Positions 37,922 through 47,174 of a DNA stretch of 64,000 bases are shown in pieces. A program made the position numbers and the translations under genes. How positions within the stretch are numbered: position 1 is the first letter of the stretch; every line of letters begins with the position of its first letter. This DNA comes from Pseudomonadota bacterium (GTDB taxonomy: Bacteria > UBA10199 > 2-02-FULL-44-16 > DYJF01): NCBI GenBank assembly GCA_043823065.1, contig JBDRBB010000006.1, positions 140,359 to 204,358 on the forward strand, read 5' to 3'. The notes beneath the pieces were generated by a model. The model worked only from the letters and a program-made list of their open reading frames with translations. It was not told the DNA's origin and did not search any database.

Positions 37922-38629
37922 TCATGTGTTCATTGCATCAACATAACTGGTGATTGTTTCTAGTTCAGTCAAGTATTGTTCAAACGCTTCCAAGGCTTCT
38001 TCTTTTCTGGGCAGCACAGAAGTTCCTTTGCGTACAGCAATCAAATCCATAAAAATTTGAGAATTGAAATCAATATGTTTAACCAAACCTTCAACAACTT
38101 TTGCTGAATCGCGATCTGGTGTTTCTCCCAACATATGCAACACGCCACGAAACACAGTAACAAAAGCAGAAAAACTTTTAAGCATAGTTTCAGCAATTAA
38201 TTTAGGTTGATCATAATTGCTGGCATAAAAACCGCGCAGATAAAGCAGCTTGCCTTTTAGCTCTGTTTCACACTGATGCCTTAAATTTGAAAAATCAACT
38301 TTAATATTTTCAAAAGGATCATGGCCGATCAAAACTTTGTGCCGATCTTTAATATCTAAAAATTCCAAAGGAAAAACATCTAAAGAACGCTCAATATGCT
38401 TAGGATCAAAAAACAAAGGCACTGGATTTCCTTTTTTAATCCATTTGCGAATAAGCTTGCCTGATTTAGCTAAATTAGCAGGAGCCGGGTCTTTGAGCAC
38501 TACAATAGTGTTATAATCAGACAATTTTTTAGAAAAATCTGTGCTTGCAGCAGAACCATAAAGCACAACTGATTCCAAGTTGTCTTCAAATATCTTTTCC
38601 AACTCATGCGCAAATTCGTTTGGATTCAT
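37922..38629 (-). CDS. Nucleotidyltransferase-like protein in the LemA/TPM cluster
   Basis: VVLYGSAA...SDYN; DVFPLEFLDI; LRHQCETELKGKL. Confidence 0.75.
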   Translation of the reverse strand: MNPNEFAHELEKIFEDNLESVVLYGSAASTDFSKKLSDYNTIVVLKDPAPANLAKSGKLIRKWIKKGNPVPLFFDPKHIERSLDVFPLEFLDIKDRHKVLIGHDPFENIKVDFSNLRHQCETELKGKLLYLRGFYASNYDQPKLIAETMLKSFSAFVTVFRGVLHMLGETPDRDSAKVVEGLVKHIDFNSQIFMDLIAVRKGTSVLPRKEEALEAFEQYLTELETITSYVDAMNT

Positions 38630-38644
38630 TTTACCTCCTAAAAT

Positions 38645-38780
38645 AAATCCTAAATTCTAATATCTAAATTCTAAACAATATCTAAATCCAAATGATCAAA
38701 ATTCGAAACAACGCGTTTTGAACATTTGAATTTTGGTCATTCGGATTTGTTTAGAGCTTAGGGTTTAGAAATTAGTATTT
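38645..38780. repeat. Heptamer-periodic palindromic element, copy 2
   Basis: Homologous to 15992-16085. Confidence 0.8.
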
Positions 38781-38784
38781 GTAT

Positions 38785-39543
38785 TTACCAACTCCCACTA
38801 GCTCCCCCGCCCCCAGAGGACCCGCCACCAAAACCGCCAAAACCGCCGCCAAAACTTCCTCGACCGCCACCAAAACCGCCACGGCCGCTAAAAAGCAGCA
38901 AAAATAAAAACAAACGAGGATACCGAATAAAAAGAAAAACCATAGCTATCACCACTAAAATAGCGCCTACTGTATGCAATGGCCCCTTTTTTTCTGAAGC
39001 TTGAGCAAAGTCAATTGGCGCACTGCTTGCTGCTTTTTCTAAATCAAAATTTATACCCTGGCCCTGGGCAATTACTGCCACCAGAGTAGTTGCACCTTTG
39101 ACAATACCTAAATTAAAATCTCCTTGGGCAAAATCTGGAACAATTTTTTCCCGAATAATGCGGCCAGCCATGGCATCATTAATAATCCCCTCCAAGCCAT
39201 AGCCAACTTCAATCCGCAACTTTCGCTCATTAGGGGCAATCAGCAACAAGGCGCCACTATCTTCTCCTTTTTTGCCAATACCCCAAGCCTGATAAAGCTC
39301 TTCTGCATAATCTTCAATAGAGCGTTCATCTAAAGAGGTAACTGTGGCCACCACCACTTCGTTACCTGTTTGTTTTTGAAAAGAACTTAAGACCTGTTCT
39401 AAATAATTTTCTGAACTGACATCTAGAATATTTGCAAAATCATTGACATAACCAGAAGGGGCAGGCAGCTTGGCTTGCGATAAACTAATAAACGTGATTG
39501 AAATAATCGCAGTTAATACTAAAATTTTAAGACTGCGCAGCAT
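38785..39543 (-). CDS. TPM domain (YgcG-like) protein
   Basis: YVNDFA, WGIG, RIEVGYGLEG, Gly-rich tail ending GGGASGSW. Confidence 0.93.
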   Translation of the reverse strand: MLRSLKILVLTAIISITFISLSQAKLPAPSGYVNDFANILDVSSENYLEQVLSSFQKQTGNEVVVATVTSLDERSIEDYAEELYQAWGIGKKGEDSGALLLIAPNERKLRIEVGYGLEGIINDAMAGRIIREKIVPDFAQGDFNLGIVKGATTLVAVIAQGQGINFDLEKAASSAPIDFAQASEKKGPLHTVGAILVVIAMVFLFIRYPRLFLFLLLFSGRGGFGGGRGSFGGGFGGFGGGSSGGGGASGSW

Positions 39544-39588
39544 TGGCGTAAGATATACGATCTAAGGAAGCACTGCAAGGAGAAGTAG

Positions 39589-40878
39589 ATGTGTATAGCC
39601 CTACCTGCTAAAATAATAAAAATTAAAAATAACCAGGCCTGGGTAGAACCTTTTTCTGGAAACCTTAAGGAAATTGATTGCAGTCTATATCCAGAAGCTA
39701 AGCCTGGCGACTATTTTTTGGCTTATGGCGGTCGCGCCTTAAAAATTCTCAAGGACAATGAAGCCGAAGAGATGCTTAAGCTTTTGCACGAAGTGCAGAA
39801 ACGTACTCAGTTTTTTGAAATTATAAAAAAAGGAAAGTTAAATACCGCAGATGTGCGTTATTTACTGAACTTGGAGGATCCCCAAGATTTATATCTTTTA
39901 TATTCTGAGGCAGATCGCCTGCGTGAAGTTTTTCTGAAAAAAAGCGTGTGCGTGCATGGAGTAATTGAATTTTCAAACTATTGCGAATCAAATTGCGCCT
40001 ACTGCGGTTTAGCTTGCAGCAATCAAACCTTGCCGCGCTATCGTATGTCTGCCCAAGAGATAATTGAAACTGCTTGCGATGCAGTAGCGCGCCTGGGTTT
40101 TAAGATGATAGTTTTGCAATCTGGCGAAGATTATTATTATGATGATCAAACAATCATTGAAATTATTAAGGGGATTAAAAAAGGCAAACCTGTCTTGATT
40201 TTTTTAAGCATTGGCGAGCGAGGTTTTGAAGCTTATCAAAAATTTCGTAAGGCTGGGGCTAAAGGTATTTTGTTTCGGTTTGAGACTTCTGACCATAAAC
40301 TCTATAAAAAATTACATCCAGATTCAGAGCTTGAAACCCGCTTAGAACATATCAAATTTATGAAAGAATTGGGCTATTTAGTTGCTTCCGGACCATTGGT
40401 TGGCCTGCCTGGCCAAAACCAGGAAAGTATTATTAATGATATCTTGCTGATGCGCGATCTTAAAGTTGATATGGCCTCAATCGGCACTTTTGTGCCGCAT
40501 CACCAAACTGCTTTGGGCCAAGCTGAGCCTGGGTCACAAGAGTTAACTAAAAAAGTAATTGCAGCCACGCGCCTCACTTTATCGCCAAACTTGCGTATTC
40601 CTATTGCCACTTCTTTGGAAACTGTAAGTCAGGGTGCAGCTCGTTCTGAGATTTTGCAATCTGGCGGCAATTCTTTAATGCTAAATTTAACGCCGAATGA
40701 ATATCGTAGGCACTATTCCATTTATCCAGAGCGGTTTGGCGAAAAAGAAACAGTGGAAGATTTGGTTAATGAATCTAAAAGATTGGTTTCAGGTTTAGGC
40801 AGAAGAGTCTGCCGGGGCTGGGGTGCAAAACTTAAGGTACAAGAAAACTCTGACGAGTTTTTGCCACTATGTAATTGA
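39589..40878 (+). CDS. hydE: HypC-domain fusion to HydE-like radical SAM maturase
   Basis: N-terminal MCIALPAKI...PGDYFL (HypC/HupF); then IEFSNYCESNCAYC, VLQSGED, RFETSD, YSIY. Confidence 0.85.
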   Translation: MCIALPAKIIKIKNNQAWVEPFSGNLKEIDCSLYPEAKPGDYFLAYGGRALKILKDNEAEEMLKLLHEVQKRTQFFEIIKKGKLNTADVRYLLNLEDPQDLYLLYSEADRLREVFLKKSVCVHGVIEFSNYCESNCAYCGLACSNQTLPRYRMSAQEIIETACDAVARLGFKMIVLQSGEDYYYDDQTIIEIIKGIKKGKPVLIFLSIGERGFEAYQKFRKAGAKGILFRFETSDHKLYKKLHPDSELETRLEHIKFMKELGYLVASGPLVGLPGQNQESIINDILLMRDLKVDMASIGTFVPHHQTALGQAEPGSQELTKKVIAATRLTLSPNLRIPIATSLETVSQGAARSEILQSGGNSLMLNLTPNEYRRHYSIYPERFGEKETVEDLVNESKRLVSGLGRRVCRGWGAKLKVQENSDEFLPLCN

Positions 40879-40898
40879 AAGGTGAAACTATTCAATAA
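40877..40898 (+). repeat. 22-bp direct repeat A, copy 1
   Basis: GAAAGGTGAAACTATTCAATAA, identical at 44314-44335. Confidence 0.85.
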
Positions 40899-40916
40899 TT
40901 GGTCTGCCGGATTATT

Positions 40917-41321
40917 TTATAGTTCTTTCTTCACTTTTCGAATTACCTTTTCAATAAAGGCTAAATATTCCTGGGCTTCTTTATCTGATATAAAAATCCC
41001 TTCCCCATAAAAATCATCATTTATCTTCATCCTCATTGCATTGCCCATTATAAAAACAGTTTCGTCTTTTAAAATATCTGACATTGTTTCTAAAATTTTA
41101 ATATGATGGCCGGGAATACTTCTAACCTTTGCCGAAGCTTTAGCAGCAATAAGTGCAATACCTGCTTTTATAAGTGAACTATAAGAGTAACTAAATTTCA
41201 CTTCATTTCTGCTGTTTTCCTTAGCAATTTCAAGATCCCTATTAGCATTAGTAAAATATCGATTTACTTGTTCTTTAGTGAACTCAAATTTTCTAAAATA
41301 TTTATCGTCAAGCTTTATCAT
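40917..41321 (-). CDS. HEPN-like protein
   Basis: A.RDLEIA...Y.SLIKAG.AL...GHH helical HEPN pattern; directly downstream of an MNT. Confidence 0.7.
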   Translation of the reverse strand: MIKLDDKYFRKFEFTKEQVNRYFTNANRDLEIAKENSRNEVKFSYSYSSLIKAGIALIAAKASAKVRSIPGHHIKILETMSDILKDETVFIMGNAMRMKINDDFYGEGIFISDKEAQEYLAFIEKVIRKVKKEL

Positions 41322-41322
41322 G

Positions 41323-41862
41323 TTAAATTAAATTTATTTTTTTGCTTTGCTCTATATCTTTAATAAAAGGATCTTTTTGTTTTTTATTATATTCTTGAGG
41401 ACTTAAACTTATAACATTTATCTCACGATCAAATTCGCGCTGAATCTTTGCTATCTCTTTTTGCAAATCTTCTATACTATGCTTGCCAACAACAAAAATA
41501 TCTATGTCGCTAGCAGCATCTATTTCTCCTTTAGCATAAGAACCAAATATAAATGCTTTTTCTATGCCTTTCACTTTTTTTAAAATAGCCTCAAGCTTGG
41601 CTGCCAAACCAAATGAAGCCATAGTTATTTTCTTGTATTCATTATAAAGTGGAAAATTTTTATTCAAAAAATAAAGTTTGAGATTACCCTTTATTTCAGC
41701 ATTAAAAAGCCCTTCCCTCTCAAATTCATTTAATTTTTTTGCTAAATTTCTTTTTTCTAAATCAAGACGACGAGAGATCTCATTTAAATACATTTTTTCT
41801 TCTTCATGCATAAAGAAAAAAGCCAATAATTTCTGAGTAATTTGTGATCTTAAGGATAGCAT
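41323..41862 (-). CDS. wHTH + minimal nucleotidyltransferase (MNT) antitoxin
   Basis: N-terminal HTH; FGSYAKG...SDIDIFVVG. Confidence 0.88.
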   Translation of the reverse strand: MLSLRSQITQKLLAFFFMHEEEKMYLNEISRRLDLEKRNLAKKLNEFEREGLFNAEIKGNLKLYFLNKNFPLYNEYKKITMASFGLAAKLEAILKKVKGIEKAFIFGSYAKGEIDAASDIDIFVVGKHSIEDLQKEIAKIQREFDREINVISLSPQEYNKKQKDPFIKDIEQSKKINLI

Positions 41863-41880
41863 AATACATTGAAAAATGTG

Positions 41881-41918
41881 GTGTAATATATTACACTGAT
41901 AAGTGTGTATTATTACAC
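41881..41918. promoter_or_regulatory. Palindromic operators upstream of MNT-HEPN
   Basis: Perfect palindrome GTGTAATATATTACAC (41881-41896) and related GTGTATTATTACAC (41905-41918). Confidence 0.65.
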
Positions 41919-42086
41919 CGCAAATGTCAATAACAATTAAAATATCTCTCGTCCGTCTGGTTTTTTGGTTTTTGCTACCACAATAAGGAGGTTATCTATT
42001 GACTCATTCTTTCACAGGTGACATCTTATCCGACCATGGGACTTGTCTTATCTTGCTTAATACAAAAATAATAATAGGAGTTTTTT

Positions 42087-43919
42087 GTGTTATTTACTGG
42101 AGAAAGTGTAAACAGTTTATCTTATCATCAAGCCATTTTTTATTCTCAGGAGTTGCTGCGCAGTGATTTTGCTCGCGCCCTGCTAGGTGAAATGCGGGCA
42201 GAGCGCGCTGAAGATTTCTTTTATGAAATTGGAGTTCTTTCACGCGATTTAGGTGGTCTGATAAGTGAAGGTCGTGCTGGGGTTAATCGTTTTGATCATG
42301 TTGCTCCCAGAATTTATGAACGCATCGAGGTGAGTGGAAATAGATTTGCGTCTATATATGAAAAAGAGGAGACTGAAATAACAGATTATATCAGTCAGGA
42401 AACCAAACCAATCTATGAAATGATACAAGGCGTAGGTACAGCAGGGATATTTGTGTTGGCTGGTGTGTTGTCTATGGGAGGGTGTGCTGCAAACTTAACT
42501 GAATCAAGAATAGAGCGCTTAGGCTCAGGAAATAATGCACGTAGGACTGAGAGAATTGAAGATATCGTTAGGTTCATGGAATCAGATGCTTCCATGGAAG
42601 ATAAAAGAAGAATGATGGATCGTTTTCTTGAGACTTTTACTGAGCAAACTACCACATATAATATTCAGAGAGATGACGCATTCAATCTTGCCATGGAGCT
42701 GGCACGTTCTAGTATGCCTGCAGAATTACAACAAAGAATGGTTGAGACTTTAGTAAATACTCTTCAAGATAGAGAAGCTTCATTTAGACCAGAAGCGGTT
42801 AGATGTATCGGAATTCTCATAGCCCGCTCGGATATTTCTACACAGTCAAAGGAGAGAATGATTGAGTCTCTTTTTACTGCTCTGCAAATTGAAAATTCGT
42901 ATATTGAAGATAATATATTTCACGTGTTTTCAGAACTTATAAGATTGGATGAAATAGCAGATCCATTAAAAGAGAGAATGCTTGATGCCATGCTAATGGA
43001 ATTTGATGATGATGCTAGTAATATTTCACATGCTTTGCGGGAGGATTTAGAAAATCTTATTTGTTCAGATATTTCTCCTGAACTAAAGGAACGTATTATT
43101 GAACCAATGTTCAATTATCTTGAAAGTAATGAATATGCAGAAAGCTTAAGCTATAATGTTGTGCCCATAGCAACTGCTTTGATTGAATCAAATATTTCTG
43201 TGGAACAAAAGGATGAGATGATTGATCGGTTATTGGCTGTAATAAACAATCGAGAATCAGAAGGTCATTGCCCAGCAGTTACACCAATTTTAGTTGCTCT
43301 TTTGCAATCCAATATAAGCATTGAACAAAAAAATAGAATAATTGATGAGGTGCTTAGCTCTTTAAGGAGAGGACAATCTCCTCAGATTCGAAGTCGTTCA
43401 GCATTAGCTTTAAGAGCTTTTGCATCTTCAGAGATTTCAATTGAGCTAAAGGTTCGAACGCTGGAGGGGTCAATTGGTGCGTTAAATACCGGGAATTTTA
43501 ATGTTCAATATTGTGCTATTTCTGTTCTAGAAAGTATGGTTGAATCCAACATCCCTTTGAATTTAAAGATCACGTTGGTACAACCGTTGCTTGATGCAAT
43601 AGTAAGATCATTCGATACAGGTGTTCGAGGGCTTCTAGATATTCCCTTTTATATTGCAGACAGACTGATAAGCAGAATTGAGTACACAGATATTCATTTT
43701 GCTGCGATTAACGTATTAAGCTCTTTGGTTCCATTGGGAATTCCAGTTGAGCTAAGGGAAGCAATGATTGAACCACTGGTCAGAGTGCTGGGCAATGGAA
43801 ACGAAGCTTCTCAAAGCAGTGCAGCTGAACTTTTGAGAACTCTTGCAGGCTCTGGTATTTCTAATCAGGCAAGGGAAAGAATTGAGAGTGCTTTAATATT
43901 AGAGGTTGGCGCTTTATAA
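42087..43919 (+). CDS. HEAT/ARM-like repeat protein
   Basis: ~40-aa repeats S.IS.E.K.RMIE.L; TAGGAG RBS with GTG start. Confidence 0.75.
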   Translation: MLFTGESVNSLSYHQAIFYSQELLRSDFARALLGEMRAERAEDFFYEIGVLSRDLGGLISEGRAGVNRFDHVAPRIYERIEVSGNRFASIYEKEETEITDYISQETKPIYEMIQGVGTAGIFVLAGVLSMGGCAANLTESRIERLGSGNNARRTERIEDIVRFMESDASMEDKRRMMDRFLETFTEQTTTYNIQRDDAFNLAMELARSSMPAELQQRMVETLVNTLQDREASFRPEAVRCIGILIARSDISTQSKERMIESLFTALQIENSYIEDNIFHVFSELIRLDEIADPLKERMLDAMLMEFDDDASNISHALREDLENLICSDISPELKERIIEPMFNYLESNEYAESLSYNVVPIATALIESNISVEQKDEMIDRLLAVINNRESEGHCPAVTPILVALLQSNISIEQKNRIIDEVLSSLRRGQSPQIRSRSALALRAFASSEISIELKVRTLEGSIGALNTGNFNVQYCAISVLESMVESNIPLNLKITLVQPLLDAIVRSFDTGVRGLLDIPFYIADRLISRIEYTDIHFAAINVLSSLVPLGIPVELREAMIEPLVRVLGNGNEASQSSAAELLRTLAGSGISNQARERIESALILEVGAL

Positions 43920-44074
43920 TTAGGAGTTTTACGTGACTCAACTGCATTTGAATTCAAAATTGTTAACAAGACAGCCGCTGGAATGAAAAAAGAACACATT
44001 ATTTTTTTTATTTATCACGATTCCCTCCTTATAAATATTTGATTTTTTTTACTAGTATTATAAATGGTTATCAA

Positions 44075-44090
44075 GGGGGGAAACGTCCCC
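44075..44090. repeat. Lone GGGGGGAAACGTCCCC repeat end
   Basis: Identical to 28227-28242. Confidence 0.8.
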
Positions 44091-44099
44091 TTATTTTGT

Positions 44100-44197
44100 A
44101 TGAATAATCAAAAAATCGAAAATTTAGTTAATGCCAAGCACACGCCTGATCAGGCTGATGTGGCCAGCATCATTAAAAAAAGTCTGCAGAAAAAAGG
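44100..44197 (+). pseudogene. Duplicated 5' fragment of hydG (repeat B, copy 1)
   Basis: 95/98 nt identical to 45411-45508, then diverges into unrelated sequence. Confidence 0.9.
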
Positions 44198-44313
44198 GCT
44201 ATCTATAGAAAAACCTATCAGACGGAGCAAAAATTACGCAATTGTTTCAGTATGTTACGCTAGTGTAGCGTTTTTTTAGGCATATACTATTTTGCTCCGT
44301 CTGACGATCTTTG

Positions 44314-44335
44314 GAAAGGTGAAACTATTCAATAA
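44314..44335 (+). repeat. 22-bp direct repeat A, copy 2
   Basis: Identical to 40877-40898; overlaps the protease stop codon. Confidence 0.85.
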
Positions 44336-44724
44336 GGCTCCGTCACAATCACACCCTTTTTATAATCAATTGTAACTTTGAATAGTTTAAAAAAATCCAA
44401 TCCAACTAAGGCATCTACTCCCCAATCTTTCGCAAAGCGCGAAACATAGACTTCTAAATTGGAAATCTGGCGAGAACAAATTTCAACATTGGGAAGAATG
44501 ATTTTTGAGTATTTCTGAGTTGGCAGACTGCCTTGAATATTTACGTCTTCTTTTTGTCTCAGAGTGAAACCTGCGAAACAAAGCGCTTTATCGGAGAATT
44601 CTGTTTGGGGAGCGCCTGTATCAAGAATGGCATCAAACTCGCGGCATTTACCATCGAAAGTTGTAATAAAGACGGGGAGGAAAATATAACGTTCCTTAGT
44701 TTTAAACGTGGTCGTGATTTGCAT
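44329..44724 (-). CDS. Retropepsin-like (clan AA) aspartyl protease
   Basis: AILDTGA and ALVGLDFF motifs. Confidence 0.85.
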   Translation of the reverse strand: MQITTTFKTKERYIFLPVFITTFDGKCREFDAILDTGAPQTEFSDKALCFAGFTLRQKEDVNIQGSLPTQKYSKIILPNVEICSRQISNLEVYVSRFAKDWGVDALVGLDFFKLFKVTIDYKKGVIVTEPY

Positions 44725-44944
44725 GAGCTCTCCACCCGCCAGGAAATGTACTCTCACCAGTATATTTAAACGCTGAATCCTTATCTACTGCCGGCAGACG
44801 ATAGACCTCATCTTTGTCCTTTGAATGCCTTTCAACAATACCTGAAATCATATGTCCTGATGCATCTTTGTCATAATCCACTATCAACAACCATTCATTA
44901 GGATAAGTTTTTTTCATCTCTTCCCAAGTCAATCTTTGGCCCAT
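44702..44944 (-). CDS. Small protein paired with the aspartyl protease
   Basis: LTWEEMKKTYPNEWLLI...FKYTGE; GGAGG RBS; overlaps the protease start. Confidence 0.75.
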   Translation of the reverse strand: MGQRLTWEEMKKTYPNEWLLIVDYDKDASGHMISGIVERHSKDKDEVYRLPAVDKDSAFKYTGESTFPGGWRAHANHDHV

Positions 44945-45046
44945 AAAACCTCCATTTCCTCAAGACTAAAATATATTAGCCCCCTGCTCGTTCACTTTTC
45001 AAGCAAATTGTTGCAATTTTAAAGTACTTAGAAGAAAAGGAAGATC

Positions 45047-45385
45047 ATGACAAACATCATAATAAAAAATCTTAAAAATTCAGAAGAGAAGCGTACTTTT
45101 TTGGACGGAAGCAAACGGGCAATGGTAGTTTTGAAAACAGCAGCTATTGGTCAAGGGGAATACTTGCCTGGTTGGAAGTGGTCGAAACATGTTGGCGCCC
45201 AGACCGGCAAAGCTTCTGAGGCCCACATTGGATATATCATTTCAGGCCAAATGATTGTTCAGAGCCCTGATGGCAAACAAGCAACAGTAGGCCCTGGAGA
45301 TGGTTTTGAGCTGGGACCAGAACATGATGCCTGGGTTATCGGTAATGAGCCGTGCATTGCCCTTGATTTCTATCACTTGGGCTAG
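45047..45385 (+). CDS. Cupin domain protein
   Basis: PGWKWSKHV...HIGYIISG...HDAWVIG. Confidence 0.88.
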   Translation: MTNIIIKNLKNSEEKRTFLDGSKRAMVVLKTAAIGQGEYLPGWKWSKHVGAQTGKASEAHIGYIISGQMIVQSPDGKQATVGPGDGFELGPEHDAWVIGNEPCIALDFYHLG

Positions 45386-45410
45386 TTTTTTCAGCTTCCT
45401 TATTTTGTAT

Positions 45411-46781
45411 ATGAATAATAAAAAAATCGAAAATTTAGTTAATGCCAAGCGCACGCCTGATCAGGCTGATGTGGCCATCATCATTAAAAAAAGTCTGCAG
45501 AAAAAAGGTTTGTCCCTGGAAGAAGCTGCCGCTTTGATAAATGTAACTGATCCGGAATTAATCCAGGAAATCTTTCAGGCCGCTGCCCAGATTAAAAAAG
45601 AGATTTATGGTGATCGCCTGGTTTTATTTGCCCCGCTTTATATTTCAAATTTTTGCCAAAACAACTGCGCTTATTGCAATTATCGAGCTGACAATCAAGA
45701 AATAGTGCGCCGCAGTTTGACCAAGAAGCAAATCCAAAAAGAAACAGAATGCCTGCTCAAAATGGGGCATAAACGTTTGCTATTAGAATTTGGTGAAGAC
45801 CTTGATAATTTTTCTGTAGATCAAATTTGCCATGCTATTGAAACTATCTATGCTACAGAAACTTCTCAAGGTAATATCAGAAGAATTAACGTTAATATTG
45901 CTGCCACTACTTTAGAAAATTATAAAAAATTAAAGACAGCTAATATCGGCACGTATCAACTCTTCCAAGAAACCTTTCATCAGCCAACCTATGAAAAACT
46001 GCATAAGGGCCCTAAAGCAGATTTTCAAAGGCAATTATCTGCTCATAAGCTGGCGTTTGCCGCTGGCCTAGATGATTTAGGCATTGGTGTTTTATTTGGT
46101 CTTTATGACTGGCGCTTTGAAGTGCTAGCTTTGCTTGAATATGCCAAGTGGATGGATCAAGAATTAGGTGTTGGTCCACACACTATTTCTGTGCCTCGTT
46201 TTCAAAAAGCTCCTCACGTTTCTTTTAAACCAACTTACTCTGTTTCTGATCAAGATTTTTTGAAGATCATTGCTATCTTGCGAATGGCTGTCCCTTATAC
46301 GGGAATGATTTTATCTACACGAGAATCAATTAAGATGCGAAGCCAGGCCTTTAAGCTAGGTATTTCTCAAGCCAGTGCTGCTTCAATAACTACTCCGGGC
46401 GGATATGCACAAGCAAAAGCTAAAAAAATAGATTCTGGACAATTTAAAATTCAAGATCAGCGTTCTTTAGAACAAGTAATTCAAGCAGCTATTAGTGACG
46501 GCTTAATTCCCAGTTTTTGCACTGCTTGTTACCGCAGTAAGCGCACTGGTGAAAACTTTATGGAGTTGGCTAGACACGGACAGATCCATGAATATTGTTT
46601 GCCCAATGCGCTCTTAACTTTTGCCGAATATTTAGAAGATAGCGCTCTGCAAGATTTACAGACCAAGGGCTGGCAGCTTATTCAAAAACAACTGTCTTTG
46701 ATCTCTAATGATAAACTTAGAAGTAAAACTCACACTCGCTTGGCTGAACTCAAACAAGGCAAGCGCGATTTATTTTTTTAA
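45411..46781 (+). CDS. hydG: [FeFe]-hydrogenase maturase HydG
   Basis: CQNNCAYC, GVGPHTISVPR and C-terminal CTAC-x22-C; start at ATG 45411. Confidence 0.93.
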   Translation: MNNKKIENLVNAKRTPDQADVAIIIKKSLQKKGLSLEEAAALINVTDPELIQEIFQAAAQIKKEIYGDRLVLFAPLYISNFCQNNCAYCNYRADNQEIVRRSLTKKQIQKETECLLKMGHKRLLLEFGEDLDNFSVDQICHAIETIYATETSQGNIRRINVNIAATTLENYKKLKTANIGTYQLFQETFHQPTYEKLHKGPKADFQRQLSAHKLAFAAGLDDLGIGVLFGLYDWRFEVLALLEYAKWMDQELGVGPHTISVPRFQKAPHVSFKPTYSVSDQDFLKIIAILRMAVPYTGMILSTRESIKMRSQAFKLGISQASAASITTPGGYAQAKAKKIDSGQFKIQDQRSLEQVIQAAISDGLIPSFCTACYRSKRTGENFMELARHGQIHEYCLPNALLTFAEYLEDSALQDLQTKGWQLIQKQLSLISNDKLRSKTHTRLAELKQGKRDLFF

Positions 46782-47170
46782 TCCCCTTCAATAGAAACCA
46801 GCTCCATTTCATTGCCAGAAACTAATGCAACTTCCATAGCTAAACATTCCTGGCATTTGGGTGGGATATAAAGGGCTGGGGCATGGGAAACTTCGTGGGC
46901 AAAACTAGCATCATTAAAACGTTCATCAACAAATTCTTTTTGGCACTTTTCGCAGCGCAATTTTACAGGCACTGCCTCAATTTCAAATTTTAAATCTTTT
47001 AACTCTTTTTTATTGCCAAAACTGGCTAGGGCGCTTTCCAGATGCTCTTTTTCAAAACCAAGCATTCTGCCAATTCTTAGTTTAGCTAAACGCAAGTGAG
47101 CTATGCCCTGATCTTGCGCGCATAGCTCAATAGTCTCCAGTATTTTTTTGGCAATGGTTATTTCGTGCAT
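46778..47170 (-). CDS. hypA: Nickel metallochaperone HypA/HybF
   Basis: MHE start, CEKC and CQEC zinc ligands, GNEMELVSIE. Confidence 0.88.
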   Translation of the reverse strand: MHEITIAKKILETIELCAQDQGIAHLRLAKLRIGRMLGFEKEHLESALASFGNKKELKDLKFEIEAVPVKLRCEKCQKEFVDERFNDASFAHEVSHAPALYIPPKCQECLAMEVALVSGNEMELVSIEGD

Positions 47171-47174
47171 AAAA

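Noticed and set aside
42005..42040. Promoter motif upstream of the HEAT gene (TCCGACCA)
   Set aside because: Poor -10 match and no GCAAC element.
43921..44030. Small ORFs after the HEAT gene (RBS-like sites on both strands)
   Set aside because: Under 30 codons; at most a frameshifted signal-peptide remnant, which I cannot support.
44064..44279. 71-aa ORF as a functional gene
   Set aside because: A chimera of a repeat end, the duplicated hydG start and unrelated sequence.
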